From IMG/VR virus record IMGVR_UViG_3300032286_000925, positions 1 to 64,000 of that record: a stretch of 64,000 bases of DNA; one strand, 5' to 3'. Each line of letters begins with the position of its first letter. Positions within the stretch are counted from its first letter, which is position 1. Below, in pieces: positions 27,305-36,470 of this stretch. The position numbers and the translations under genes were made by a program. Under the pieces are notes generated by a model. It did no database searches. It was not told where the DNA came from and was given only the letters and a program-made list of their open reading frames with translations. This DNA is from a virus.

Positions 27305-28339
27305 CTAGATTTTGGCAGGTCGGCACTCTTCGCCAAATACCCTAGTCAAGACCTCAACAACCACAGGTCTATCATTTTCAGGCGAACAAGCAATCAAGTT
27401 CTCAATGGCGAACTTAGTGCCGAAGATGTCATTAGCCTTTTGGAACGCTAGAAGTTCTCGCATTTGAGGCGACCAAGAAACTTCACCAGAGGCTCGTTTC
27501 TTTGCTAGGTTTTGTGAGGCAGTAATGATTAGTGGAGTGATACCCATTTTGGTCTTAGCCATACCAAAGTCAGTAGTCATTTCCACTTGGATAGTGAAAC
27601 GAGAGAGCAGAGCCTCTGATAGACGAACACCAACAGCGTTAGGGTTGGTAGCACCGACCACATAGAAACCCTCTGCTGACTTCACAGGTTCTCTCTCGGG
27701 GTTTTGAGTGATAATCAACTCGTCTCTGCCGTCCATTACGCCATAAAGAGCCGAGAGAACTTTCGGGTCAATCAGACCAATCTCGTCAATCAACAAAACC
27801 TTACCCTCGGACATAGCCTTTACCAGAACTCCGTCAATCCACTCAAAGTCGCCACTAGGGGTCTGAACATAACCACCAATGAAGTCAGAGAGTTCAGTAT
27901 CACCAGAGCCGAGCAAGGTGTAAAGTTCATCAGGGAAACTAGCCTCAACGAGAGCAGTTTTGCCACAGCCAGCCTCACCATAGAGCAGGACATATTGTTT
28001 GTTGGTGCGACAGGTTTTCATAACCTCAACATCATCATTTTCAGTAGAACCCCACTTGCGAGTGAAGTAAGCCGAGCCATTTGGTCGCAGGTAAGAACCA
28101 GCACCGACCAAAGCGTCTTTCTCAACAATGCTAGGTGTAGAGCCACTCTCGCCAGCCGAGGCACGATTGGTGAGTTTGCTCGCAGGCGTGGAGTGAGTAT
28201 CTAGGTAAGCGTGATTTGCTAGGTCAGGGTGTAGGTGCTGACCAGCAGTAGCCATTAGCAATTCGCCCAAGCCCGAGTAGAGCCTGTCAGCGAGTTCTAT
28301 TGCCTGTAAAGGTGTAGTGATTTCAGTAATCGTTGTCAT
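27305..28339 (-). CDS. MoxR/CbbQ/NorQ-type AAA+ ATPase
   Basis: GEAGCGKT, LLIDEI, ATNP, ALLSRF; adjacent to the vWA gene. Confidence 0.92.
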   Translation of the reverse strand: MTTITEITTPLQAIELADRLYSGLGELLMATAGQHLHPDLANHAYLDTHSTPASKLTNRASAGESGSTPSIVEKDALVGAGSYLRPNGSAYFTRKWGSTENDDVEVMKTCRTNKQYVLLYGEAGCGKTALVEASFPDELYTLLGSGDTELSDFIGGYVQTPSGDFEWIDGVLVKAMSEGKVLLIDEIGLIDPKVLSALYGVMDGRDELIITQNPEREPVKSAEGFYVVGATNPNAVGVRLSEALLSRFTIQVEMTTDFGMAKTKMGITPLIITASQNLAKKRASGEVSWSPQMRELLAFQKANDIFGTKFAIENLIACSPENDRPVVVEVLTRVFGEECRPAKI

Positions 28340-28356
28340 TGTGGATTTTTCCTTTT

Positions 28357-28842
28357 CTATTCTGCTAGTTGGTCAAGGATTTCATCAGGAAATCCAAGTT
28401 CTTTTCTTGCTCTAAGTATTCTACGAATAAGAGCAGAGGGAGTTTGTTGATTTTTGGTATCGTCTAAATCCTCTTGTGAGAACTCTAACACGATAGGTGT
28501 CTGAAACAACTTCCACTCGTTATCGTGAAGTTGGTCTAGCACCTTAGCCAAGTCGTTCAGCATTTCTGCTGAAACTTCTTTTGCCATTTCTAGTGTTGCC
28601 GACATTTCTAGTGCCTTAGTTTCCATAGCGTTTGTCTTACGAGTAGCCCAATCGCCACTTTGATATACACGCCAAGGTTTCTTAGGCGACCAAGCCGAGA
28701 TTTGCCTACGCCAAGATGAACTAGGAACGAACTCTCCCTCGGCAGTAAAGCCCTCGGGAGTGATGATGATTTGAGCAGTATTTACTGCCTTGCGAAACTC
28801 CATATAAAGAGCCTTGCCTACTAATGTTGCTGATTTTGTCAT
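28357..28842 (-). CDS. Hypothetical protein
   Basis: AAGGA RBS; leads the AAA operon. Confidence 0.8.
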   Translation of the reverse strand: MTKSATLVGKALYMEFRKAVNTAQIIITPEGFTAEGEFVPSSSWRRQISAWSPKKPWRVYQSGDWATRKTNAMETKALEMSATLEMAKEVSAEMLNDLAKVLDQLHDNEWKLFQTPIVLEFSQEDLDDTKNQQTPSALIRRILRARKELGFPDEILDQLAE

Positions 28843-29107
28843 TTTGGATTTTTCCTTTCAGTTATGACTATCTCTATTCTTAGGGTTCATTAGAAGTTTG
28901 TCAAGTCCTAAATCTAAGAAAGTTTTTATTTTTTTAGTGCTTCTGAAAGATTACACGAAAGGTTCGTTAAAAGTCAAACCGGCAACTGAGCTGACGGCAG
29001 CTTCTCAGGATTAAACGAAGTTGGTTAGAAGTTGTAGCCGGATACTCGGGGAGTATCTCTAATTAATAGGTATAATAAAACTACGAGGCTAAATAGCCTC
29101 TATGGCA

Positions 29108-29341
29108 CTAATCCTCTGTTGGATTAGTGGTTGGTAGATAGCAGGGCTCACAGAGTAGCCACTCTTCGTCAGAATCACTCAGCACGATAGCAAACGGGTA
29201 GAACTGACCTCCAACGCGACCCACTGACTCGTTGCAGTGCTCACAATACATTTCATCTGGGGCAGCTGTAAGAAGACCTAGTGTGTGCGCAATCTCGGCA
29301 TCGACTGGCTCAGAGATTACGTGAAGTTCATAATTTTCCAT
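29108..29341 (-). CDS. Small zinc-finger protein
   Basis: CEHC...CEPC. Confidence 0.6.
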   Translation of the reverse strand: MENYELHVISEPVDAEIAHTLGLLTAAPDEMYCEHCNESVGRVGGQFYPFAIVLSDSDEEWLLCEPCYLPTTNPTED

Positions 29342-29742
29342 AGCACTATTCTAAAACATCACAAAAATGGTGATTTTTTAAAAAATTGACGCGGTTAAAG
29401 TTGAGTCCAGGCAAAGCAGCTTCCAAACTTTAAACGAGGCTCGGTTTGATGTTTGGGCTCGATCCGGATGCTACACTGCGACTTCTCATCGGTTCACTCG
29501 TTAAAAGTTTCCCTGGATGGTATGTCTCCACCCCCTCCGGATTCGCGGGCCGTCATCTCATCAGGCCTTCGTTAAAAGTTTGCTGCCTGGATGAGCTGAA
29601 GGAGCTTCTGAGCTTTGAACGAAGGCTTCGTTAAAAGTTTTTATTGGGAACTAACAATATTAAAATTATTCCCGTTTTTTAAAAAATAAATAAAAAAAAT
29701 CCCTATCGGTTAAGATAGGGATTCCATATGGCGGGCCGACGT

Positions 29743-30087
29743 TTAGACGAGCGGTTTGTCTTCCGCTACGCGGGCTACACGCCTGATTGTTTCTGCTAGA
29801 GGCTTGAGCGGTTTGTAGTCGTCAATGAATGTGGCAAACCTGCCGGCCGAAAAAATCTTTGGCATATCTTTGTTTGGATATACCACGGAGTCTACCGCGC
29901 CTCTTTCATACTCGGTGAACTCGTGGAAGTAGTACATTTTTGAGTGCCACGGGCCTCCGTGAATATACTGCAGGCCTTTCTTTTTTATTACCTGCAGACA
30001 AAAAGCCTCGCGGTCTTTGTCCCAGTAGACTGCAACATTCCAGTTGTGCGGAAGTTCATCGGTATATGGTTGGTGGTGTACTCTCAT
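29743..30087 (-). CDS. Hypothetical protein
   Basis: Coupled ORF chain. Confidence 0.6.
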   Translation of the reverse strand: MRVHHQPYTDELPHNWNVAVYWDKDREAFCLQVIKKKGLQYIHGGPWHSKMYYFHEFTEYERGAVDSVVYPNKDMPKIFSAGRFATFIDDYKPLKPLAETIRRVARVAEDKPLV

Positions 30088-30269
30088 TCACTTGCCTTTA
30101 CTTTTTCTATTTTCCAGTCAACTTCATCCCAGCGGATGTCGCTCTTTGCTGTGAACTCTGCAAGCATATCCGTGAGAACGTTTGCAAACTTTTCTGCCTG
30201 TTTGGCAGTGTCGAACTCTGGTTGCCAGAATCCTTTGATGGTGTAATCAACAACTACGTATTTTGCCAT
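30084..30269 (-). CDS. Hypothetical protein
   Basis: Coupled ORF chain. Confidence 0.6.
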   Translation of the reverse strand: MAKYVVVDYTIKGFWQPEFDTAKQAEKFANVLTDMLAEFTAKSDIRWDEVDWKIEKVKASE

Positions 30270-30484
30270 TAGTTTGCCTCAATCCAGGTGTCTGCCTCTA
30301 CAAAGTCTACACAATCGCAGGCATCTTGGCTACAGGAGCACTCACTTCCGTCATTCATTGCATTGAACTTCTTCAGGGCCTCTCCCTCATTTTTAGCTAG
30401 CACTACGTATTTTAGTCCGGTAAGGATACTAAATAATCTCATCAGCTGTACTCCTTTCAAGAGTCTCAGCAGCGACACTAACAC
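30269..30484 (-). CDS. Hypothetical protein; start probably at the internal Met
   Basis: AAGGAG precedes the internal ATG. Confidence 0.55.
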   Translation of the reverse strand: MLVSLLRLLKGVQLMRLFSILTGLKYVVLAKNEGEALKKFNAMNDGSECSCSQDACDCVDFVEADTWIEAN

Positions 30485-30508
30485 AACCGGAAGCTTAATG
30501 CAAGTTTA

Positions 30509-31306
30509 TTATTCAACAACCTCAAAGAGGTTTGTTATTTCTCCAAGCCGACGTAAGGAGTTGCCATCTGGCGTGCCGGAAGCTGCCGTTCCGATGTATC
30601 CAATTGTTCGTTGAAAGTTGGCGAAGGAAGCGATCGTCTTGTGATCCCACTCGCCCCTGTTATGACTTTTAAGTCCATTCACCTGGGTAAGCGCTAGTTG
30701 AATGATTGGGATTGATTTGTGCTTGACGCCTGGTCTGAGGATGGAACTTTTAACAACGGGCTTCGTTGAAAGTTTACCTGGATCCGGATGAGATGCAGCT
30801 TCAGCTAGCTCGTTAATAGCTCGTTTAAAGTTTGGGCGCGCGAAGGCGATCACCTCGTACTTGTAACGGTTTCGTTTAAAAACGCCATTACGCAGCTGAG
30901 TCCCCTTTGGCATTCCACTAGCGGTTTGACCTTCGATACATTGAAACATTCCGTGGGTATCCCAGGCAGAGACGTCGGTTACTATACCAACGTGTGGTTG
31001 GTTGAAAGGCATCTGGGATGGATCGGTTGAAGTTTCAATGAAGACTACGTCACCTGGACGCGGGCGTAAGTGCACTCGGTTAAATCTAATAGCTTCAGCT
31101 AGAGCGACGTTCGTTAAAAGATAACTACAGCTGCTGAGGATCCCAGTCTTCAGAAAGATATAATCAACGAACGCACCGTTCCACAGTACACCAGGCCGGC
31201 CGATGGCAACAGAGAACATATCCGGTTGACCTGCCGGTGCGGTATAACCAACGTAATTTTCGGCTTCTTGGAGGAAGCGATCCCGTGCCGGACTTTTAAT
31301 CAGCAT
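30509..31306 (-). CDS. CHAP-like domain plus peptidoglycan-binding domain; catalytic Cys apparently replaced
   Basis: A..YVGY, W(N)GAFV, PGDVVF, HVGIV and IEG(Q)T motifs; C-terminal IQ.AL...G.WD..T...FQ. Confidence 0.8.
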   Translation of the reverse strand: MLIKSPARDRFLQEAENYVGYTAPAGQPDMFSVAIGRPGVLWNGAFVDYIFLKTGILSSCSYLLTNVALAEAIRFNRVHLRPRPGDVVFIETSTDPSQMPFNQPHVGIVTDVSAWDTHGMFQCIEGQTASGMPKGTQLRNGVFKRNRYKYEVIAFARPNFKRAINELAEAASHPDPGKLSTKPVVKSSILRPGVKHKSIPIIQLALTQVNGLKSHNRGEWDHKTIASFANFQRTIGYIGTAASGTPDGNSLRRLGEITNLFEVVE

Positions 31307-31457
31307 TCGTTAAAAGTTTCTGAAGGAGCTCTACGATTTTCCAGGCCTCGTTTGCACGAGCCGTCATCCGGATATGGTCGACGCGGTTAGCGGCTTGTGA
31401 AATGTCGGACTCTAGCTGCTGAGCTAGATGAGTTGCGTTCGTTAAAAGTTCGTTCAT
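31296..31457 (-). CDS. 53-aa hypothetical protein (absent from the ORF track)
   Basis: MNELLTNATHLAQQLE...; overlaps both neighbours and fills the gap. Confidence 0.6.
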   Translation of the reverse strand: MNELLTNATHLAQQLESDISQAANRVDHIRMTARANEAWKIVELLQKLLTNAD

Positions 31458-32476
31458 TCTTTGCCTGGATCTTTCTCTAGCTTCTCATCAACGTCCGTTA
31501 CAACTTCGGCATCTATTATATCTTTTTCGGCTTCGACTCGAACGCCCATCTCGGCCAGCTTTGCTGCTGCATCTGTTGCGTTGATGGCAAGTCTGTTCAA
31601 TCTTTCAGCGATGACGCTGGCGGCAGGACGTACATCGATGTTGACGTTCGTGTCAAGTTCAACACCTCCACGGATCCCGGCCCTGTCCAAAATCTCCGTT
31701 GCAGCTTTTAGTTTCACTTGCTCGGATTCTGCTTCGGTCATCATCTCTTCGAGAACGTCGACGGCGTAAGGAGCTGCCTGGGTTAACTTTGCACGAGCTC
31801 GTTCGATGTCATCACCAGGCCGATGCTTCAGACTCCTGAGGTGAATGCGGCACAAGCCGTCATCTTGGATTCGACCACTCGTCCAAAGTTGACAACGGAT
31901 CCCGTCATCCTTGACGGCTGCGCAGCGGGCCGGCAAAGAAGCTGGCTTCCGCTTCGAACTTTTAACGGGGTCCGTTTGTTCTTTGATCCAGGCCCTAGTA
32001 GCTCCGATGACCCAAGGTGGAACGAGGTAGTCCGTTGCTTCTTCAGCGATGAGATCGTATCCAGTTATATAATCAGAGTTTCGATTGGTCGGTTCGACCA
32101 GGAGTGGCTTCTTCTCTGAGAGAGACATGATTCTCTTCTCGGTTGCCATCTCTGGACTGATAGCCATGATAAGTCCAGTAGGGATACCGTTAGACGCATA
32201 GACGGGTAACCAGTTTAGTTTTGCTCGACGTAATACAGAACGGTTCTCGTATGTGTCTTCGCAAACACCCTTATCGGTTTCTTCAATACCAAGAAGTGAA
32301 AGGTCTGGACGTATGTCCAACGTAGCGTTGATTTCTATAATAGGTTTCTCTGCTTCAGGCTTTCCAAAAACGTCATCGGTTAATATACCTGGGGCACTAC
32401 TTACGGGCCGCTCTTCTTTTAACGAGCCTCCGTTAGAAGTTACTGAAGGTGAGGAAGAGGGATCTGAGCTAGTCAC
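31454..32476 (-). CDS. Candidate terminase small subunit / DNA-packaging protein
   Basis: RC.A.K..G.RC...C..H Zn motif followed by A..AV..L......E.VKL.AA..ILDRAG and a DAEVV tail, as in many TerS-like proteins. Confidence 0.55.
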   Translation of the reverse strand: MTSSDPSSSPSVTSNGGSLKEERPVSSAPGILTDDVFGKPEAEKPIIEINATLDIRPDLSLLGIEETDKGVCEDTYENRSVLRRAKLNWLPVYASNGIPTGLIMAISPEMATEKRIMSLSEKKPLLVEPTNRNSDYITGYDLIAEEATDYLVPPWVIGATRAWIKEQTDPVKSSKRKPASLPARCAAVKDDGIRCQLWTSGRIQDDGLCRIHLRSLKHRPGDDIERARAKLTQAAPYAVDVLEEMMTEAESEQVKLKAATEILDRAGIRGGVELDTNVNIDVRPAASVIAERLNRLAINATDAAAKLAEMGVRVEAEKDIIDAEVVTDVDEKLEKDPGKE

Positions 32477-32765
32477 TTTTAATCAACGTCCATTCAAACT
32501 TTAGAGGGCCGAGCCGACGAAACTGGGGAGAGACTGTCCGTCGACCCGACCCGTTTCGTTGCATTTATATAATGCAGTTAAGGGCGTCTCTTCCAGCAAA
32601 CTTCTTTATAGAAGTCTGATAGTCCTATGTTAAATCATGTACGAAAAAGTTTTTTTGCGAATTCGGTGAGAGACGACAGGTTTTCTATTTACAAACAAAG
32701 AAAAAACCCTGTAAAATCAAGGGATTTGATTTTAGCAGGGTAGTCTCTAAAAGTGCTTTGACTTT

Positions 32766-33215
32766 TTACGGTTTAACTGGTAAAAACCAGCCTCGCCTAT
32801 CTTTCTTTCGGTTGAGTGCAAGTTCTCTTAAGCGAGGTTTTCTGCTCTCAATTCTTTGGTCAATGAGTTTCGGTTGAGCCAAAACTTCATCTTTATCCAC
32901 AAGATAGTGGTGGCTATTTCCAAGAACATAATATCTCTTAATGTAGCCTTTACTCGCATAGTACGAGATTTCTTGTTCGGAAACCCAAAGCAAGTCTGCG
33001 GCTTCCTGACGAGTAATCAGGTTTTTTGGCTGACTATCTATCAGGCCTGCACGACCTTTAGAGGCAAAAATAACTTCATCTAAATCAACTAGATAGTTAT
33101 ATTTGTTTCCTTGGGTGTAGTGCTTTTTCACCAAGCCTCTGTTAATCCAATACACAATCATTGCACGACTAACAAAGACGGAGCTGGCAGCTTGCTTTGG
33201 AGTTACGAGAGTCAT
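32766..33215 (-). CDS. Tandem MerR/excisionase-like HTH DNA-binding protein
   Basis: Two repeats of L.T.QEAA....VS...I.Y....G..K.YY. Confidence 0.75.
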   Translation of the reverse strand: MTLVTPKQAASSVFVSRAMIVYWINRGLVKKHYTQGNKYNYLVDLDEVIFASKGRAGLIDSQPKNLITRQEAADLLWVSEQEISYYASKGYIKRYYVLGNSHHYLVDKDEVLAQPKLIDQRIESRKPRLRELALNRKKDRRGWFLPVKP

Positions 33216-33502
33216 TACTTCTTCTTAGGTGCTGACTTTTTTGTTGCAGTTGTCTTTTTTGCTGTTGGCTTCTTTTCTGTCGGCTCTACTGTCTTAACAA
33301 CCACTTTTTTAACAGTTACTACGCTTGAAGAACTTGGCTTTTTTGTTCCAGTAGGGTTGACTTTTTTGTTAGGTGCGTGTGGTGACTCTTCGATTCGCTC
33401 CTTAAAGGACTCGATAATCTTACGGAACTCTTGTTCAGCTACGACATCAATTTCCTGTTTCTTTTTCTTCTTGCTCTTGAATAGGTTCGTTAACCACTTC
33501 AT
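33215..33502 (-). CDS. Basic, Lys-rich low-complexity protein
   Basis: Histone-like KK/TAKK tail; start at MKWL after GGAG. Confidence 0.65.
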   Translation of the reverse strand: MKWLTNLFKSKKKKKQEIDVVAEQEFRKIIESFKERIEESPHAPNKKVNPTGTKKPSSSSVVTVKKVVVKTVEPTEKKPTAKKTTATKKSAPKKK

Positions 33503-33629
33503 TTGTCTTTTCTTCTTTCTCTTGCGTCTTGCAAGTTTCACAGTAGCAGTACCACACTTTGTCGTACCACCTTATTTCTGGTCTACATTTGTCATGTGTG
33601 CCAGTTACACAGAATCCACAGATTCTCAT
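33447..33629 (-). CDS. Small Cys-rich protein
   Basis: CGFC..G.H..C...C.C..C. Confidence 0.65.
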   Translation of the reverse strand: MRICGFCVTGTHDKCRPEIRWYDKVWYCYCETCKTQEKEEKTNEVVNEPIQEQEEKETGN

Positions 33630-34291
33630 GCAGGTCTCATTCTATACACGATTCCTTTGTGATGGGCTACCCTGACACTCGGGTGTACAAAAACTTTAAA
33701 TCCACTCTCTCTGGCATTTAGGCACCATGAGTAATCTTCCCCAATATCTATTCCGACTGGGTATTGCTCCCATTTTAAGTTTCTAATCTTAAACCACGGT
33801 CTAGACATATTTTCAAAAACTCCGGACTTTATGGCAACAAAGCCGAACCCTACTCCAAGCATTTCGGTTGGTCCTTTGGTTGTAAAGTCTTTATCGTAAA
33901 CAGGTCTTGGTAGTCCGTTTTTTCCAAAATCAGCGCAGGCTACTTTCCCGGAGAGGTCCACTATATACAAGCCACTTACTATATCTAGTTCAGATTGATA
34001 GAGTTTCCTAAAATCTTCGACAGTCCATTCGATATCTGAATCTATCCAAAATATTTTGTCGTAGGTGTATTGACCTCCGCCAACCTCCTGATTTGACCAG
34101 TCTTCGGTTTCCATATCCAAGGCAACCTGCTCTCTTAGGGTAGGAATAAAAGACGATGCTCGATTAAGAAACTTGTAAGTAAGGTTTTGTTCGGTTAGCC
34201 ATTTGATTGTCTCTATCAAACTGGAAACGTAAGCTCCGTGAAGTAATCCACCGGGGGTAGCAATTAAAACATTGTAATGCGGTTTAGTCAT
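33626..34291 (-). CDS. Glycosyltransferase-like protein (GT-A fold)
   Basis: IATP, FWIDSDI, GFGFVAIKSGVFE, GEDYSWC. Confidence 0.85.
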   Translation of the reverse strand: MTKPHYNVLIATPGGLLHGAYVSSLIETIKWLTEQNLTYKFLNRASSFIPTLREQVALDMETEDWSNQEVGGGQYTYDKIFWIDSDIEWTVEDFRKLYQSELDIVSGLYIVDLSGKVACADFGKNGLPRPVYDKDFTTKGPTEMLGVGFGFVAIKSGVFENMSRPWFKIRNLKWEQYPVGIDIGEDYSWCLNARESGFKVFVHPSVRVAHHKGIVYRMRPA

Positions 34292-34751
34292 TTAACATGC
34301 TTTCATAAGTAATAATTTTTTCGCCCTTGCAAAGTTTGCAATCGTCTTTAGTTGCGGTTGTGCAGTTTTTACACCAAATTCCGTCGGGGTACTCTAAATC
34401 AATTTCACCGAAGGCGTAGGTAAACTTGTTTCTAAAAGTTTCATTTAGTTGTCTTTCTATAAACTTGATGTTTTTCATACTCCAAGTTTTATCTGAATCT
34501 GGGACAAACATGGTGACGGTATATCTGGTTAGTGGTCTGCGATCGGTTGTGAAGTTTGTCAAGTCAGAATCTCCTGAAGACCATTCAACATAAAAATCTG
34601 CACTTGGGTAGTTTTCAGCAATAACATCTGAAAGGGCCTCGGTTGCATCACTCCATAGGTCTTTACCTACTGAGATGTTCCATCCGTTATCTGTCTTTTC
34701 GTATCTGTCGCTGTGTAACCCGAATACTAGGGTTGCTTTAATCATCTCCAC
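34284..34751 (-). CDS. Hypothetical protein with C-terminal Zn finger
   Basis: Coupled ORF; CKNC..CKLC. Confidence 0.7.
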   Translation of the reverse strand: MEMIKATLVFGLHSDRYEKTDNGWNISVGKDLWSDATEALSDVIAENYPSADFYVEWSSGDSDLTNFTTDRRPLTRYTVTMFVPDSDKTWSMKNIKFIERQLNETFRNKFTYAFGEIDLEYPDGIWCKNCTTATKDDCKLCKGEKIITYESMLND

Positions 34752-34929
34752 CTATCTCAAACCAACCATCTCCACCGCATGTTTTGCAGATGAAGAAGTC
34801 TTGAGAGTCTTTGCATTCGCAGTCATACCCATCACTACATAAGTGGTCTGGGTCGTATGTCAGGTTTTTGGTTTGACCGGCACCTTCACACTCTTCGCAT
34901 TGTGCCCATGATTGATCGAACTCTTCCAC
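34738..34929 (-). CDS. DnaJ-type CxxCxGxG zinc-finger mini-protein
   Basis: CEECEGAG, CKTCGGDG. Confidence 0.7.
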   Translation of the reverse strand: MEEFDQSWAQCEECEGAGQTKNLTYDPDHLCSDGYDCECKDSQDFFICKTCGGDGWFEIGGDD

Positions 34930-34938
34930 GATAATCTC

Positions 34939-35250
34939 CTAATTTTCATCCATTGGGCCACCACTTAAAGATAGCCACTGATGTATCATAGCATTCAAAT
35001 GTTTCACTGGTAGTGTATTAATTTTATCCCACTGCTTTGGGTCCACTAGACAAGTCTCCATAAGTGCCATCACCGAACTTAGTTTTTCTTCAACCGGGGC
35101 TTTCATAAAAGATGCCATTTTGCTGTGAGGTAACTCTTCCATAGATATAAGCTCGATTGGCCCGAAGGGGGTTTGTATCTTTACTATATCAATGGCCTGT
35201 AGGCTTTCTTCAATAAACTTTTTGCCTTTGTTTTCTTCGCGCTTTCCCAT
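34939..35250 (-). CDS. Hypothetical protein
   Basis: Coupled ORF. Confidence 0.7.
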   Translation of the reverse strand: MGKREENKGKKFIEESLQAIDIVKIQTPFGPIELISMEELPHSKMASFMKAPVEEKLSSVMALMETCLVDPKQWDKINTLPVKHLNAMIHQWLSLSGGPMDEN

Positions 35251-35474
35251 TAGTTTTCCTCTACATCAAAAATATCTTCGGGGTCATTCTCCCAGCATAC
35301 TCCTTCGCCACCACAGGTGTCAACATCAAGATAACATTCTCCACAGATATCCCCCTGTCCAACACACACTTTGCACTCGATAACGTAGTCACTTAAGATT
35401 GGGTCCCATACTAGTCCTTTGATGTCGCATTCTGGGCACTTGATTAGTCTTTCATATTTTCCAGGCTTAGACAT
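35250..35474 (-). CDS. Cys-rich zinc-finger protein
   Basis: Several CxxC motifs. Confidence 0.7.
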   Translation of the reverse strand: MSKPGKYERLIKCPECDIKGLVWDPILSDYVIECKVCVGQGDICGECYLDVDTCGGEGVCWENDPEDIFDVEEN

Positions 35475-35938
35475 TAAATCTCGTCTCTACATTTACGACA
35501 CAAAAGTGCATCGTGTCCTGTTGCCTCTTCGGACTCTGAACCGTATTGGGTTACGGGGACTGGGGATATCTGACCGGGGGTGTTGCATCTATCACAAACC
35601 ATTTCGACCATCCACTTAATCCAATGTCCTTTTTCAGTTGAGGCTAGGATACCACGACCAAGAGCATGCAGTGGTCCCGCACCAATGGTTTTTCTCAAGA
35701 AATCTCTGACATCTTCTGCCTCTAAAACTGCTCTGGAACTTTTACAGAGACAGTCCATTTTCGATGGCTTACAATAGACCATTCCCGAATATGTTGAGTG
35801 TCTAGACATAGGATGTCCACAAGCGCAGATTCGACCGTCTCGATCTAATCTTCTTCCAGCTCCTGCTAGTTGCTCTTCAGCTGCCTTAGATTCCTCAACA
35901 CCAAAATCCAAAAACTCGTACGGATTTTCCATACTCAT
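35474..35938 (-). CDS. Cys-rich hypothetical protein
   Basis: CACGH, CDRC, CRKC. Confidence 0.75.
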   Translation of the reverse strand: MSMENPYEFLDFGVEESKAAEEQLAGAGRRLDRDGRICACGHPMSRHSTYSGMVYCKPSKMDCLCKSSRAVLEAEDVRDFLRKTIGAGPLHALGRGILASTEKGHWIKWMVEMVCDRCNTPGQISPVPVTQYGSESEEATGHDALLCRKCRDEI

Positions 35939-35985
35939 ACCTTACCAACTTTCTTTTTTTATTTTAAGGTCATAAACATCTTAGC

Positions 35986-36116
35986 ATGAATGTCAACCTT
36001 TTTTTATGAATGTAAATGAATATTTGAATGTCAACTATATTTTCAGCCCCCCCTAACGCTCACACATACGCGTATAGAAATATTAGTTGACATTCGTATA
36101 TTAGTTGACATTCATA
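35986..36116. promoter_or_regulatory. Inverted iteron-like boxes (GAATGTCAAC / GTTGACATTC); candidate origin or operator
   Basis: Boxes at 35988 and 36026, inverted copies at 36086 and 36104, central palindrome ATACGCGTAT, AT-rich intergenic gap. Confidence 0.55.
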
Positions 36117-36254
36117 AGACATACTATACGATTTTAGGTAAATATTTTTCCTATTTTGTGTTGGTATCTGGAAAGTTCAAATTTGGACATTTTTACCCAT
36201 TTCTGTATAGTATGTAACATAACTTCAAAAAATAGTACATTAAGGAGTATCACC

Positions 36255-36461
36255 ATGGCATTTGCTTTTTTTCTTTTTGCCCCATTTTACCTGTGGCCAG
36301 CGTTCATTTTCTTCGGTCTAAAGTCCAAAACTGGAGCAGCTTTTCCTATTCTTTTACTCCTAATTTTACTCCCGATAGCCTACTTTTTCGATTGCTACGA
36401 GACGATTGGAATATATGTAGGGATACTTTGCCTACTAGCTTTTATCTTTGTTGGGATGTAA
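36255..36461 (+). CDS. Small membrane protein
   Basis: AAGGAG RBS before MAFAFF; hydrophobic. Confidence 0.65.
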   Translation: MAFAFFLFAPFYLWPAFIFFGLKSKTGAAFPILLLLILLPIAYFFDCYETIGIYVGILCLLAFIFVGM

Positions 36462-36470
36462 CCAAAACAA

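Larger units (their letters stand above)
28964..32441. repeat. Dispersed 12-bp box TCGTTAAAAGTT, about 14 copies in both orientations
   Basis: Exact or near copies at 28964, 29425 (inverted), 29498, 29569, 29628, 30608, 30763, 30821, 31111, 31307, 31439, 31957 (inverted), 32416 (inverted) and 32430. Confidence 0.85.
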
